64,000 nucleotides of DNA from Gemmatimonadota bacterium (GTDB lineage Bacteria; Gemmatimonadota; Gemmatimonadetes; JACCXV01; JAHWKZ01), in the NCBI GenBank assembly GCA_039588915.1, contig JBDGYV010000009.1, positions 517 through 64,516 of the forward strand, read 5' to 3'. This document shows positions 35,303-43,181 of this stretch, in pieces. The notes under the pieces are model-generated. The model saw only the letters and a list, made by a program, of their open reading frames with translations, was not told the DNA's origin and made no database searches. Every line of letters begins with the position of its first letter. Position 1 is the stretch's first letter. The position numbers and the translations under genes were made by a program.

Positions 35303-37282
35303 CTAGGCTTCGGCTCCGTCCCCGGCCACGTCCTCCCCGGTTGCGTCGGGGTTGGCTTCAGCGAGCGCTTCCGCCTTTTCGGTAGGTGGTTCCTCGTCAG
35401 ACAGTTCTTCTTCCGGCGCGGCCTCATCAGTTTCGGCGGCCTCATCAGTTTCGGCGGTCTCATCAGTTTCAGCGGCCTCATCGGCGTCGGCTAACTCCTC
35501 TGGTTCGGAGTCGATGTCCGGCCGATCGCGGTGACTGGGGATATCGATCACCGACAGAACGATCCGGCGGTTATCCGGATCCGACTCGATGACCTTGAGA
35601 ACCATGAGGTCACCTTCGCGGAACTTGTCGGATGGGTTCTCGAGATTCCGATAGCCGAGTTGTGATATCGGAACGAAACCTTCCACCTCGCCATCGAGAT
35701 CGACCACGACCCCCTTGTCGAGCAGGCGCAGTAATTTGGCGTCGGTTTCGACTCCCACCGCGTACTTATCACCGAGCCCCGGCCACGGGTTCTCCTCGAG
35801 ATCCTTGATGCTCAGGGAGATCCGTTTGTTCTCCGCGTCGATGTTGAGAACCTGAACCTTCACGGTTTCGCCCTTGCGAACGACCTCGCTCGGATGGTGA
35901 ATTCGCCGCGTCCAAGACATGTCGCTGATGTGTACCAAGCCGTCGATCCCCTCTTCGATTTCGACGAATGCACCAAAAGTGGTCAGGTTCCGGACCGTCC
36001 CGTTCAAGATCGTGCCATCCGGATATTTCTCCGCCAGGCCGTTCCAAGGATCTTCCTCGATTTGCTTCATCCCGAGGGAGATCTTCTCTTCTTCCTGGTT
36101 CACGTTGAGCACGACGGCCTCGATAACGTCTCCGATTGAGACGACTTTGGAGGGATGCTTGATGTGACGAGTCCACGACATCTCCGATATGTGGACCAGC
36201 CCTTCAACCCCCTTCTCGAGCTCGACAAAGGCGCCATAGTTCGTGATTGACACCACTTTGCCATTGATGCGGGTGTTTACCGGGAACTTCTCGGCGACAC
36301 CCTCCCACGGATACGGCTGTAGTTGTTTGAGGCCCAGAGAGATTCGGTTGTTCTCCAAATCGAGGTCGAGAATCTTCACCTCGAGCTCATCGCCTATCGA
36401 TACGAGCTCGGATGGATGACCCACCCGGCCCCATGACATATCGGTGATATGCAGCAGGCCGTCGGCACCGCCCAGGTCGATAAATGCGCCGAAATCGGTG
36501 ATGTTCTTGACGATGCCTGTGCGTAGCTGGCCAACGGCTATCTCGGTTAGGAGCCGGCCTCGTTTCTGCTCTCTGATCTGCTCGAGGATGGTTCGCCGGC
36601 TCACGACGATGTTTCGACGCCGCTTGTTCAGCTTGATGATCTTGAACTCCATCGTCTGTCCGATGAGGGCATCAATGTCGGGAACGCGACGGAGCGCGAT
36701 CTGAGACCCCGGTAGAAAGGCGTCTACTCCAAACAGATCGACGATTACTCCGCCCTTGATCTTTCTGGCGAGCGTGCCCTGGACGAGCGTGCCATCATCG
36801 TAGGCGAGCCGAATCTTGTCCCAAACCTTGAAGAAGTCGGCTTTCTTCTTCGATAGGACGACGCGGCCCTCTTTATCCTCCAGGTTCTCGAGGAAAACGT
36901 CCACCTCGGCTCCGACATCCATCGGATCTGTATCCTTGAACTCATCGAGCGAAACCGCTCCCTCGCTCTTAAACCCGACGTCGAGAACAACGATGTTCTC
37001 GTCCACGCGCAGAATGTGCCCGGTGACGATCTGGCCCTCCTTGATGTCCTGGATCGATTCCTCATAGATGCCAAGGAGTTCCTGGTACTCATCGAGCGAG
37101 TACTCATCTTCGTCGAAAAGATCAGGACGAATGTTCAGCTGTTCGGCGGTGGGTTTTGGGTCTTCTGGGACCAACTCGTTGGCAGAAACGCGCAGTGGCG
37201 CCTCGGCAGGCTCGCGAGGATCAACGGCGACGCCGCTAGATTCGGGGCCACCTCCGGGGGAGGTGTCGGTTGGGTCAATCAT
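35303..37282 (-). CDS. rpsA: 30S ribosomal protein S1 (six S1 domains) with acidic repeat tail
   Basis: Repeated S1 motifs (GQIVTGHILRV..., VDAFLPGSQI..., GLLHITDMSW..., GLVHISEMSW..., GLVHISDMSW...). The track start at 37288 is TTG, and ATG at 37282 (MIDPTD) is more likely. Conserved cmk-rpsA adjacency. Confidence 0.93.
   Translation of the reverse strand: MIDPTDTSPGGGPESSGVAVDPREPAEAPLRVSANELVPEDPKPTAEQLNIRPDLFDEDEYSLDEYQELLGIYEESIQDIKEGQIVTGHILRVDENIVVLDVGFKSEGAVSLDEFKDTDPMDVGAEVDVFLENLEDKEGRVVLSKKKADFFKVWDKIRLAYDDGTLVQGTLARKIKGGVIVDLFGVDAFLPGSQIALRRVPDIDALIGQTMEFKIIKLNKRRRNIVVSRRTILEQIREQKRGRLLTEIAVGQLRTGIVKNITDFGAFIDLGGADGLLHITDMSWGRVGHPSELVSIGDELEVKILDLDLENNRISLGLKQLQPYPWEGVAEKFPVNTRINGKVVSITNYGAFVELEKGVEGLVHISEMSWTRHIKHPSKVVSIGDVIEAVVLNVNQEEEKISLGMKQIEEDPWNGLAEKYPDGTILNGTVRNLTTFGAFVEIEEGIDGLVHISDMSWTRRIHHPSEVVRKGETVKVQVLNIDAENKRISLSIKDLEENPWPGLGDKYAVGVETDAKLLRLLDKGVVVDLDGEVEGFVPISQLGYRNLENPSDKFREGDLMVLKVIESDPDNRRIVLSVIDIPSHRDRPDIDSEPEELADADEAAETDETAETDEAAETDEAAPEEELSDEEPPTEKAEALAEANPDATGEDVAGDGAEA
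35421..35490. repeat. 18-bp tandem repeat (about 3.5 copies) encoding (A/T)AETDE units in the S1 C-terminal tail
   Basis: gcctcatcagtttcggcg occurs at 35421 and 35439 (identical), at 35457 with 2 mismatches, and as a degenerate copy at 35475. It is in frame and gives AAETDETAETDEAAETDEAAPEEE. Confidence 0.85.
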
Positions 37283-37348
37283 AGACAAAAAGCGCTTCAG
37301 GGCCCGGTTTCAAGTGTATGTTTGTACCCGCAACTCGGGGAAGTTGTG

Positions 37349-37378
37349 AAGATACCGGCCGTTTTTACTCTCTGTCAA
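37349..37378 (-). promoter_or_regulatory. candidate sigma70-like promoter for rpsA (TTGACA-N18-TATCTT)
   Basis: The minus strand reads cTTGACAgagagtaaaaacggccggTATCTTcac in the 101-nt cmk-rpsA gap, ~65 nt upstream of the rpsA start. Confidence 0.4.
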
Positions 37379-37389
37379 GCGATTCCGGC

Positions 37390-38088
37390 CTAAGGCGTCC
37401 GATTCATCCGATCCCGGGCCATCCGAACCACCCGCCCGATCTGGGCCTCCAGATCCAGGTTCGTCGTGTCGAGGCGAACGGCATCGGGGGCCGCGGCCAG
37501 GGGCGCCGCGGCTCTCTCTCGATCCTGCCGATCCCGCTCGGCAAGGCCCTGCGCGTAGCTCGCCAGGAGCGCCGCGTCGAGTTCTTGCCCCTCAGGCTCC
37601 ACCTCGCTCGCTCGCCGGCGGGCCCGTTCCTCCAGTGAAGCGACCAGGTAGACCTTCAGAAACGCATCCGGGAATACAACCGTCCCGATGTCCCGCCCAT
37701 CAACCACGGCCGGGCTATCGCCGACACGCCGCCGGAGGTCTTGGTTTACGATGGAGCGTACCGATGGGTCCTCGGCAACCCGGGAAACAGTCCGGGTAAC
37801 CGCCGGTGACCGGATCGGATCGGTGATGTCCGTCCCGTCGAGCCACGTCCGGAGTCTCCCCCCAACCATCCGCTGGTCGATGCGCGCGCTCCCCAGACGG
37901 TCACGTAATGCTGCTCGTCCGGACGCGTCTTCGAGATCGACGTCGTAGCGTAGCGCCAACAGCGCGGCTGCTCTGTAGAACGCTCCGCTGTCCACGTACG
38001 CCCACTGCAGCGCAGAGGCGACACCTTGAGCGGTGGAGGACTTGCCTGTCCCGGCCGGACCGTCGATAGCGATGATCGGAGCGTTCAC
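37390..38088 (-). CDS. cmk: cytidylate kinase
   Basis: IIAIDGPAGTGKSSTAQGVA (P-loop), YVDSGAFYRAAA and VVDGRDIGTVVFPDA. Confidence 0.9.
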   Translation of the reverse strand: MNAPIIAIDGPAGTGKSSTAQGVASALQWAYVDSGAFYRAAALLALRYDVDLEDASGRAALRDRLGSARIDQRMVGGRLRTWLDGTDITDPIRSPAVTRTVSRVAEDPSVRSIVNQDLRRRVGDSPAVVDGRDIGTVVFPDAFLKVYLVASLEERARRRASEVEPEGQELDAALLASYAQGLAERDRQDRERAAAPLAAAPDAVRLDTTNLDLEAQIGRVVRMARDRMNRTP

Positions 38089-38109
38089 GCGCCGGCTAGA
38101 ATCTCGGGG

Positions 38110-38721
38110 TCAGCCGGAGTGCTTTATACAACGAAAGGCAGTCGGGATCTCCTCGAGCCGGGCCCGCAGGATCGGCCGCCTGCAAACCTGACACTTTCCA
38201 TATTGCCTCGAGTCAATCAGCGCCATCGCAGTTTGGATCCTGCTGAGCTCTCCCTGCTCCCGCTGCTCGAGCCGAATCAAGATGTCGCGGTCCTTCTCTT
38301 CCTGCGCCCACTCTTCTAACTCCCGCGGTCGCTCTTGAAGGCCCCGCAACTCGTCTCGGAGATCGTGCAAACGACGCTCGATTCGGCCTCGCTTCTCGAG
38401 AAGCTTCTCGCGAAAGTGGTCGAAAAACGCCTGGCTGCGGTATACACGGGGGGCTTTTCTCTTGACGGCTTTTTTCTTCTTGGTCGCTTTCTTCTTGCCG
38501 ACGGCTTTCTTTTTCTTGGCCGTCTTTTTCTTCCGAACGGCCTTCTTTTTCTTGGCCGTCTTTTTCTTCCGAACGGCCTTCTTTTTCTTGGCCGTCTTTT
38601 TCTTCCGAACGGCCATCTTCTTCGTAGTCTTCTTGCGGATAGTCTTCTTCCGGGCGGTCTTCTTCTTGGCGGCTTTCTTCTTCCCAGCCGTTTTGCGCTT
38701 CGTTTTTTTCTTGCCAGGCAT
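38110..38721 (-). CDS. TraR/DksA-family C4-type zinc-finger protein with ~90-aa N-terminal lysine-repeat (histone H1-like) tail
   Basis: The C-terminus has a coiled-coil region plus GKCQVCRRPILRARLEEIPTAFRCIKH (CxxC-N17-CxxH). The N-terminus is MPGKKKTKRKTAGKKKAAKKK...(AVRKKKTAKKKK)x3... Confidence 0.8.
   Translation of the reverse strand: MPGKKKTKRKTAGKKKAAKKKTARKKTIRKKTTKKMAVRKKKTAKKKKAVRKKKTAKKKKAVRKKKTAKKKKAVGKKKATKKKKAVKRKAPRVYRSQAFFDHFREKLLEKRGRIERRLHDLRDELRGLQERPRELEEWAQEEKDRDILIRLEQREQGELSRIQTAMALIDSRQYGKCQVCRRPILRARLEEIPTAFRCIKHSG
38498..38641. repeat. 36-bp tandem repeat (two perfect copies flanked by degenerate copies) encoding AVRKKKTAKKKK units
   Basis: cgaacggccttctttttcttggccgtctttttcttc occurs at 38534-38569 and 38570-38605 (identical). 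Diverged copies lie at about 38498 and 38606. All are in frame within the DksA-like CDS. Confidence 0.85.
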
Positions 38722-38749
38722 AGAGTTCCCCGTTTACAGGCGGCGGCCT

Positions 38750-38778
38750 ATTGTAGCTGTGGGCGGGAACCGCTGCAA
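38750..38778 (-). promoter_or_regulatory. candidate promoter TTGCAG-N17-TACAAT upstream of the DksA-like gene
   Basis: The minus strand reads gTTGCAGcggttcccgcccacagcTACAATagg, 28 nt upstream of the ATG at 38721, in the 70-nt intergenic gap. Confidence 0.35.
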
Positions 38779-38791
38779 CAACTATCGGTTC

Positions 38792-39313
38792 CTACCCACC
38801 AGTCAGTCGGTCTAGCCAGCCACGCCAATCTAAACCGGAACGCGACGGGCCCTTTCTTGAGCCAGCAAGGACGGAGTCGAGGTCCCGGCCGATCACGATC
38901 GTCACGTCCAGGAACAAGGTCGGATCCGGGCTCGACTCGATCGGGACACCGGGAAGCACCGCCGCTACTTCGCGCGCAGCAACCGAGGAGCCCATCCGAT
39001 CGATGATTCGGGTTCGCTCGTAGTCGAACCGGTCGGCGTTGCCATAATCGACCACATCAAATCCCGCCTCGCGAAGAAAAGTGGTCACCTCGCCGGCTGC
39101 ACCTGACACTCCCGAGCCATTCCGTACCTGAACCCGGATTCGGGCTCGATCCACTGGGGGCTCTGCATCACCACTTTGGGTGGATTCTGGTCCACGCTGT
39201 GGGCCAGATCCCGTGTGCCGGGCGATGGTCGACATTAGAAAGGCGCCGACCACGATCCCGAAGAGGGCGATCGCACCGACCTCGAGAGCTCCCCTCCGGA
39301 AGACGTTGAGCAC
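38792..39313 (-). CDS. LytR_C domain-containing membrane-anchored protein
   Basis: N-terminal TM helix (ALEVGAIALFGIVVGAFLM) and LytR_C-like IRVQVRNGSGVSGAAGEVTTFLREAGFDVVDYGNAD...TIVIGRDL. The track start is 39388. I prefer GTG at 39313, just after the upstream stop. Confidence 0.7.
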   Translation of the reverse strand: MLNVFRRGALEVGAIALFGIVVGAFLMSTIARHTGSGPQRGPESTQSGDAEPPVDRARIRVQVRNGSGVSGAAGEVTTFLREAGFDVVDYGNADRFDYERTRIIDRMGSSVAAREVAAVLPGVPIESSPDPTLFLDVTIVIGRDLDSVLAGSRKGPSRSGLDWRGWLDRLTGG

Positions 39314-39315
39314 CG

Positions 39316-39939
39316 CTATGTCTCGGCGCTCGCGATCAGCGCAGCCCAACTCAGCGGGTGAACCGGCCGCTCGCGCTCCACCAGCCAATGGACACGGTGA
39401 TCAAGCACTCGAGCGGCGGCACGCCGGAGCCCAGCCGGACCCTGTCCCGCGAGAACGATCAGAGAGGCGGTCTGAATCTCTTGCGCGTGGTCGCGCAGGG
39501 GCTCACAGAAGTCCGCCACGTAGAGAAGCCAGCCGACCGTTCCCCAATCCGGATGACCTGTTGGATGGTGTCGCACGGCGGCCAGGACCTCGGTGTCCTG
39601 CTCAGCCCACTCGACGACCGCCCAGGCAGCGGCAGCGTGCGCGTGCAGCAGCTTGGGCGCGTTGGAGGCTGCCCAGCCATCCGGCTCCTGGCCAACCGCG
39701 GCGATGAAACGGAGCCATTCATCGATCGAATCGGCTTTCAGTGCGTCGTGGTACCAAGCCGCCCTGGTCGATGCCTCAACGACGGCTTGCGGCCAACCGC
39801 CCCCCCTCGCGATCTGCTCGACGGTGGCCGCGACCGAACGCACATGATCCAAGCGGTCCGTCGCGCCGCGCCCGGCCAGTCGTGCGGCAACCGCCTCGGA
39901 CAGCGACTCCCGGTAGTTACTCTCTGCCCGCTTGAGCAT
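39316..39939 (-). CDS. HD-domain phosphohydrolase, YqeK-like (bis(5'-nucleosyl)-tetraphosphatase type)
   Basis: LDHVRSVAATVEQIA..., AAWYHDALK..., LLHAHAAAAW..., AVRHHPTG... and LYVADFCEPLR match the YqeK pattern. Confidence 0.7.
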   Translation of the reverse strand: MLKRAESNYRESLSEAVAARLAGRGATDRLDHVRSVAATVEQIARGGGWPQAVVEASTRAAWYHDALKADSIDEWLRFIAAVGQEPDGWAASNAPKLLHAHAAAAWAVVEWAEQDTEVLAAVRHHPTGHPDWGTVGWLLYVADFCEPLRDHAQEIQTASLIVLAGQGPAGLRRAAARVLDHRVHWLVERERPVHPLSWAALIASAET

Positions 39940-39945
39940 CAGTCG

Positions 39946-40698
39946 CTACCGCGTTCGATTGCGCAAGACCGCATCTGCCATCGCCAACTGCACCCGATCG
40001 TTGACGCCCAGTATCTCCTGCGGGTCCGGCGCTTCACACAAATGCCCGGGTGTGCCCGCCGCCGATAATAACTTCATGACATCGGTCAGATAGCGTTCGC
40101 CCTGGGAGTTGGTTGTTCCCAAATCCGCAAGCAGCGGGTAGACGGTTGGCCAATGAAAACAGTACACACCGGCATTGATCCGACAAATGCTCAGCGTGTC
40201 GACGTCGGCATCGGCCTCCTCGACGATCGCCGCAACACGCTGATCGCTGTCAGTGACGACACGACCATACCCGCTTGGATCATCGAGCGTGGCGAAAAGC
40301 ATCGTAGCCGGCGCGTCATTATAACGATGGTCGTCGACCAACGCCTTCAACAACGCTCCAGTTAGCAACGGAGTATCTCCGCAGCAAACAAGCACGTCGC
40401 CGTCGAAACCCATTAGGTTTGGACCCGCACACGCTAGTGCATGTCCGGTTCCGAGGGGCTCCTCCTGAACTGTCAGTTCGACTGTGTCGCGGTCAGCTAC
40501 GACCTCACCGACTCGATCACTCTGATAACCGACCACGCAGACCGTTTTTTTCGCGCCCGCCGCTTCGACCGCGTCGATGACATGCATGATCATTGGCTGG
40601 CCAGCGAGCGGGTGGAGCACCTTGACCAGTTCCGACTTCATCCTGGTCCCCCGGCCAGCCGCCAGGATCACTGCCGCCAGCGATCCGTCAGTCGACAT
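39946..40698 (-). CDS. sugar-1-phosphate nucleotidyltransferase, GlmU N-terminal (uridylyltransferase) domain only, 250 aa
   Basis: AVILAAGRGTRMKSELVKVLHPLAGQPMIMHVID..., QEEPLGTGHAL..., CGDTPLL..., NAGVYCF... There is no left-handed beta-helix acetyltransferase domain. Confidence 0.8.
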   Translation of the reverse strand: MSTDGSLAAVILAAGRGTRMKSELVKVLHPLAGQPMIMHVIDAVEAAGAKKTVCVVGYQSDRVGEVVADRDTVELTVQEEPLGTGHALACAGPNLMGFDGDVLVCCGDTPLLTGALLKALVDDHRYNDAPATMLFATLDDPSGYGRVVTDSDQRVAAIVEEADADVDTLSICRINAGVYCFHWPTVYPLLADLGTTNSQGERYLTDVMKLLSAAGTPGHLCEAPDPQEILGVNDRVQLAMADAVLRNRTR

Positions 40699-41548
40699 CG
40701 GACATGAGCCACATGTTGTCGATCAAGCGCGTGGAGCCGACCCGCGCGGCCACGGCAGCGAGTGCGCCGGGCGTCACGACCCTCAGCGGTTGAAACGAGC
40801 GACCATCGACGACGGCTGCATACTCGACCTCTATCCTGTCGTCGGCCGACAAGACATCTTGCATTGCGACCTCCAGCTGGCCGGCCCCTCGCTCGCCGTT
40901 GGTGACCAGCTTTTGCGCACGGCGAAGCGCTCCGAACAACCGAGTGGCCGATTGACGCTCTGGACCGGTGAGAAACACGTTGCGGCTCGAACACGCCAGG
41001 CCATCCTCTTCTCTGACCGTTGGGGCGACCACGATCTCCACCGGAACCGCCAAGTCCGATACCATTCTGAGGATAGCGGCGGCCTGCTGCGCGTCCTTCT
41101 GGCCGAACACGGCTGCATCTGGCTGAACGATCTGGAACAATTTCATCACAACCGTCAAAACGCCATCGAAGTGGCCGGGACGAGCTGCGCCCTCGAGCCC
41201 GTCGGTCACGCCACTCATCGTGATACGAGTAACTGGGGTTTGTGCGTACATCTCGCTCTCGTCAGGCGCGAAAACCAGCTCGACCCCACGATCTGCGCAC
41301 AAATCGAGATCGCGGTCGAGATCCCTGGGGTAGGCCTCGAAACCTTCGGTCGGACCAAACTGCAACGGATTGACGAACACCGATACAACTACACAATCGG
41401 TCGACTCTCTTGCCCGATCGATCAGCGACAGATGTCCTTCGTGCAAGTGTCCCATGGTGGCGACATACCCGATCCGCCGCCCGGCCTCTCGCTCATCGCA
41501 AAGAGCGTGTCGACACTCCGAGATCGAAGTGACACGCGACGGAGTCAC
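40688..41548 (-). CDS. panC: pantoate--beta-alanine ligase
   Basis: VATMGHLHEGHLSLI..., VVSVFVNPLQFGP..., RPGHFDGVLTVVMKLFQIVQPDAAVFGQKDAQQ. Confidence 0.92.
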   Translation of the reverse strand: MTPSRVTSISECRHALCDEREAGRRIGYVATMGHLHEGHLSLIDRARESTDCVVVSVFVNPLQFGPTEGFEAYPRDLDRDLDLCADRGVELVFAPDESEMYAQTPVTRITMSGVTDGLEGAARPGHFDGVLTVVMKLFQIVQPDAAVFGQKDAQQAAAILRMVSDLAVPVEIVVAPTVREEDGLACSSRNVFLTGPERQSATRLFGALRRAQKLVTNGERGAGQLEVAMQDVLSADDRIEVEYAAVVDGRSFQPLRVVTPGALAAVAARVGSTRLIDNMWLMSDVD

Positions 41549-42348
41549 TCGAACGATTCTGCTTCTCCCGGAAATCGTCCAGTTCGGACATCGGCCACGA
41601 ACTTTTCGAGAGCGCCAGCAACGACCTGATCGAGGTCGGCGTAACGGCGGACAAACTTCGGTCTGAAGTCAGGTGTCATCCCGAGAACATCGTGGGTGAC
41701 CAAGATCTGGCCGTCGGTTTCGGGACCAGCGCCGATCCCGAGCGTGACCGCTGGGATCTTGGTTGTCACTCGGGCACCTAGAGCACGAGGTATCTTCTCC
41801 AACACGATCGCGAAGCAACCAGCCTCGGACAATGCGATCGCATCAGCAACCAATTCATCTGCCGACGTCTCATCTGCCGCCCTGAGGCCGTAGCCGCCAA
41901 ACGCGTGGATCGACTGTGGTGTCAGTCCAAGGTGGCCCATCACCGGAATGCCGACATCGGTCAGCCGCCGGATCGTTTCGGCCAATCGAGCACCGCCTTC
42001 GAGCTTGACCCCCTGCGCGCCAGTCTCCTTCATCACCCGGCCCGCGTTGCGAAGCGTGTCCTCCGGGGAGATCTGAAACGAGAGAAACGGCATGTCGACG
42101 ATCAGAAAGATCTCCGGGGCACCGCGCCGGGCAGCGCGAGCGTGGTAGATCATCTCGTCGAGGGTCGCCGGGAGGGTCGAATCATGGCCCCCGAATACTT
42201 GGGCTACGCTGTCTCCAACTAGTATCCCGTCGACCCGTGCTTGGGCCACATAGCGAGACAGCATCCAATCGTAGGCGGTGAGAAACACGACCCTCTCGCC
42301 GTCCGCCTTCATCTGGCTGAAGGTGTTGACGCTCGCACGCATCGTCAT
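41545..42348 (-). CDS. panB: 3-methyl-2-oxobutanoate hydroxymethyltransferase
   Basis: LTAYDWMLS..., GILVGDSVAQVFGGHDSTLP..., VKLEGG..., GIPVMGHLGLTPQS. Confidence 0.93.
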   Translation of the reverse strand: MTMRASVNTFSQMKADGERVVFLTAYDWMLSRYVAQARVDGILVGDSVAQVFGGHDSTLPATLDEMIYHARAARRGAPEIFLIVDMPFLSFQISPEDTLRNAGRVMKETGAQGVKLEGGARLAETIRRLTDVGIPVMGHLGLTPQSIHAFGGYGLRAADETSADELVADAIALSEAGCFAIVLEKIPRALGARVTTKIPAVTLGIGAGPETDGQILVTHDVLGMTPDFRPKFVRRYADLDQVVAGALEKFVADVRTGRFPGEAESFE

Positions 42349-42818
42349 GTGGCCTCGACGCAGGAACGCGAAGTTTCTGGCAGCCAGGCGATTGGCACGC
42401 CAACCTGGTTACACAGCTCGATAAAGAAGGGTCGCTCGGCCAGCCTCGGATGTGGAATCGTCAGCCCAGGCTCATCGAGCCCCACCCCACCGTACAACAG
42501 GATGTCAATGTCTATAGATCGCGGTCCGCCCCGTGGGGTCGCGCCCCGATCCCTCCCCATCCGCTGCTCGATCGCCATACACGTTTCGAGCAATTCGAGG
42601 GGTTCCAGCTTTGTGTCCAACCCGATCACCTGGTTGAGAAAATCTGGTTGGTCCAGATAGTCGACGGGAGCTGTTTCAATGACGGCAGAGCACGATACCA
42701 TTCGAACGCCATCGGGCAACGCGATCAAGGATGCCCGTGCCAGGCCTAGGTTCTGTACGCGATCGCCCATGTTGGCGCCCAAGCTCAGGTACGCTCGCTG
42801 TACCGGCGCTCGTTTCAC
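42345..42818 (-). CDS. folK: 2-amino-4-hydroxy-6-hydroxymethyldihydropteridine diphosphokinase
   Basis: AYLSLGANMGDR..., PRSIDIDILLYG... and IPHPRLAERPF. I set the start to GTG at 42818 (GTGA overlap with the folB stop); the track ORF runs to 42872. Confidence 0.88.
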   Translation of the reverse strand: MKRAPVQRAYLSLGANMGDRVQNLGLARASLIALPDGVRMVSCSAVIETAPVDYLDQPDFLNQVIGLDTKLEPLELLETCMAIEQRMGRDRGATPRGGPRSIDIDILLYGGVGLDEPGLTIPHPRLAERPFFIELCNQVGVPIAWLPETSRSCVEAT

Positions 42819-43177
42819 GGGCGGCAAACCTCGACTTCCACCCGATCCACCGGGCCTGGCAAGGCAGCCCACGGCTTGCGGCAGCAGACCCGGACCTTAT
42901 CAACTCGGTCTAACTCGATGACGCGATCTGCGATCCGCGCGCAAAGCGCTTCCAGCAGCCGGGGTGCATGCTCAGGGTCATCGCTGATGGTGTCGCGGAC
43001 CGCTTGATATACCTGCCTGTAGTCGATACCCACGGTCAGTGAATCCGCATCCGCGGATTCGTCGAGATCAGCCATGACCTCTACGTCGACCTCGATCGGC
43101 TGCAACATCTCCCGTTCGTGAGGCAGATCTCCGACCATGGCGTGAAAACGGATCCCGAGAAGTCGAATCGAGTCCAC
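42815..43177 (-). CDS. folB: dihydroneopterin aldolase
   Basis: IRLLGIRFHAMVGDLPHEREMLQPIEVDVEV..., DYRQVYQAV... The 120-aa product from GTG at 43177 matches FolB size. The track ORF to 43327 overlaps the upstream gene. Confidence 0.85.
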   Translation of the reverse strand: MDSIRLLGIRFHAMVGDLPHEREMLQPIEVDVEVMADLDESADADSLTVGIDYRQVYQAVRDTISDDPEHAPRLLEALCARIADRVIELDRVDKVRVCCRKPWAALPGPVDRVEVEVCRP

Positions 43178-43181
43178 TGGC

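Noticed and set aside
38498-38641. 36-bp direct repeats considered as a possible CRISPR array or non-coding repeat element
   Set aside because: The repeats are contiguous with no spacers. They are in frame and encode Lys-rich units of a DksA-like protein. No cas genes are present in the window.
40577-41629. 350-aa plus-strand ORF antisense to panC and the nucleotidyltransferase gene
   Set aside because: It has Arg/Gly/Pro-rich composition and no recognisable motif. The opposite strand carries unmistakable PanC and GlmU-N homologues. This is a typical long antisense ORF in high-GC DNA. The same reasoning applies to 6639..7562(+), 10905..11987(-), 29967..30773(+), 35894..37393 (plus-strand ORFs) and many others in the track.
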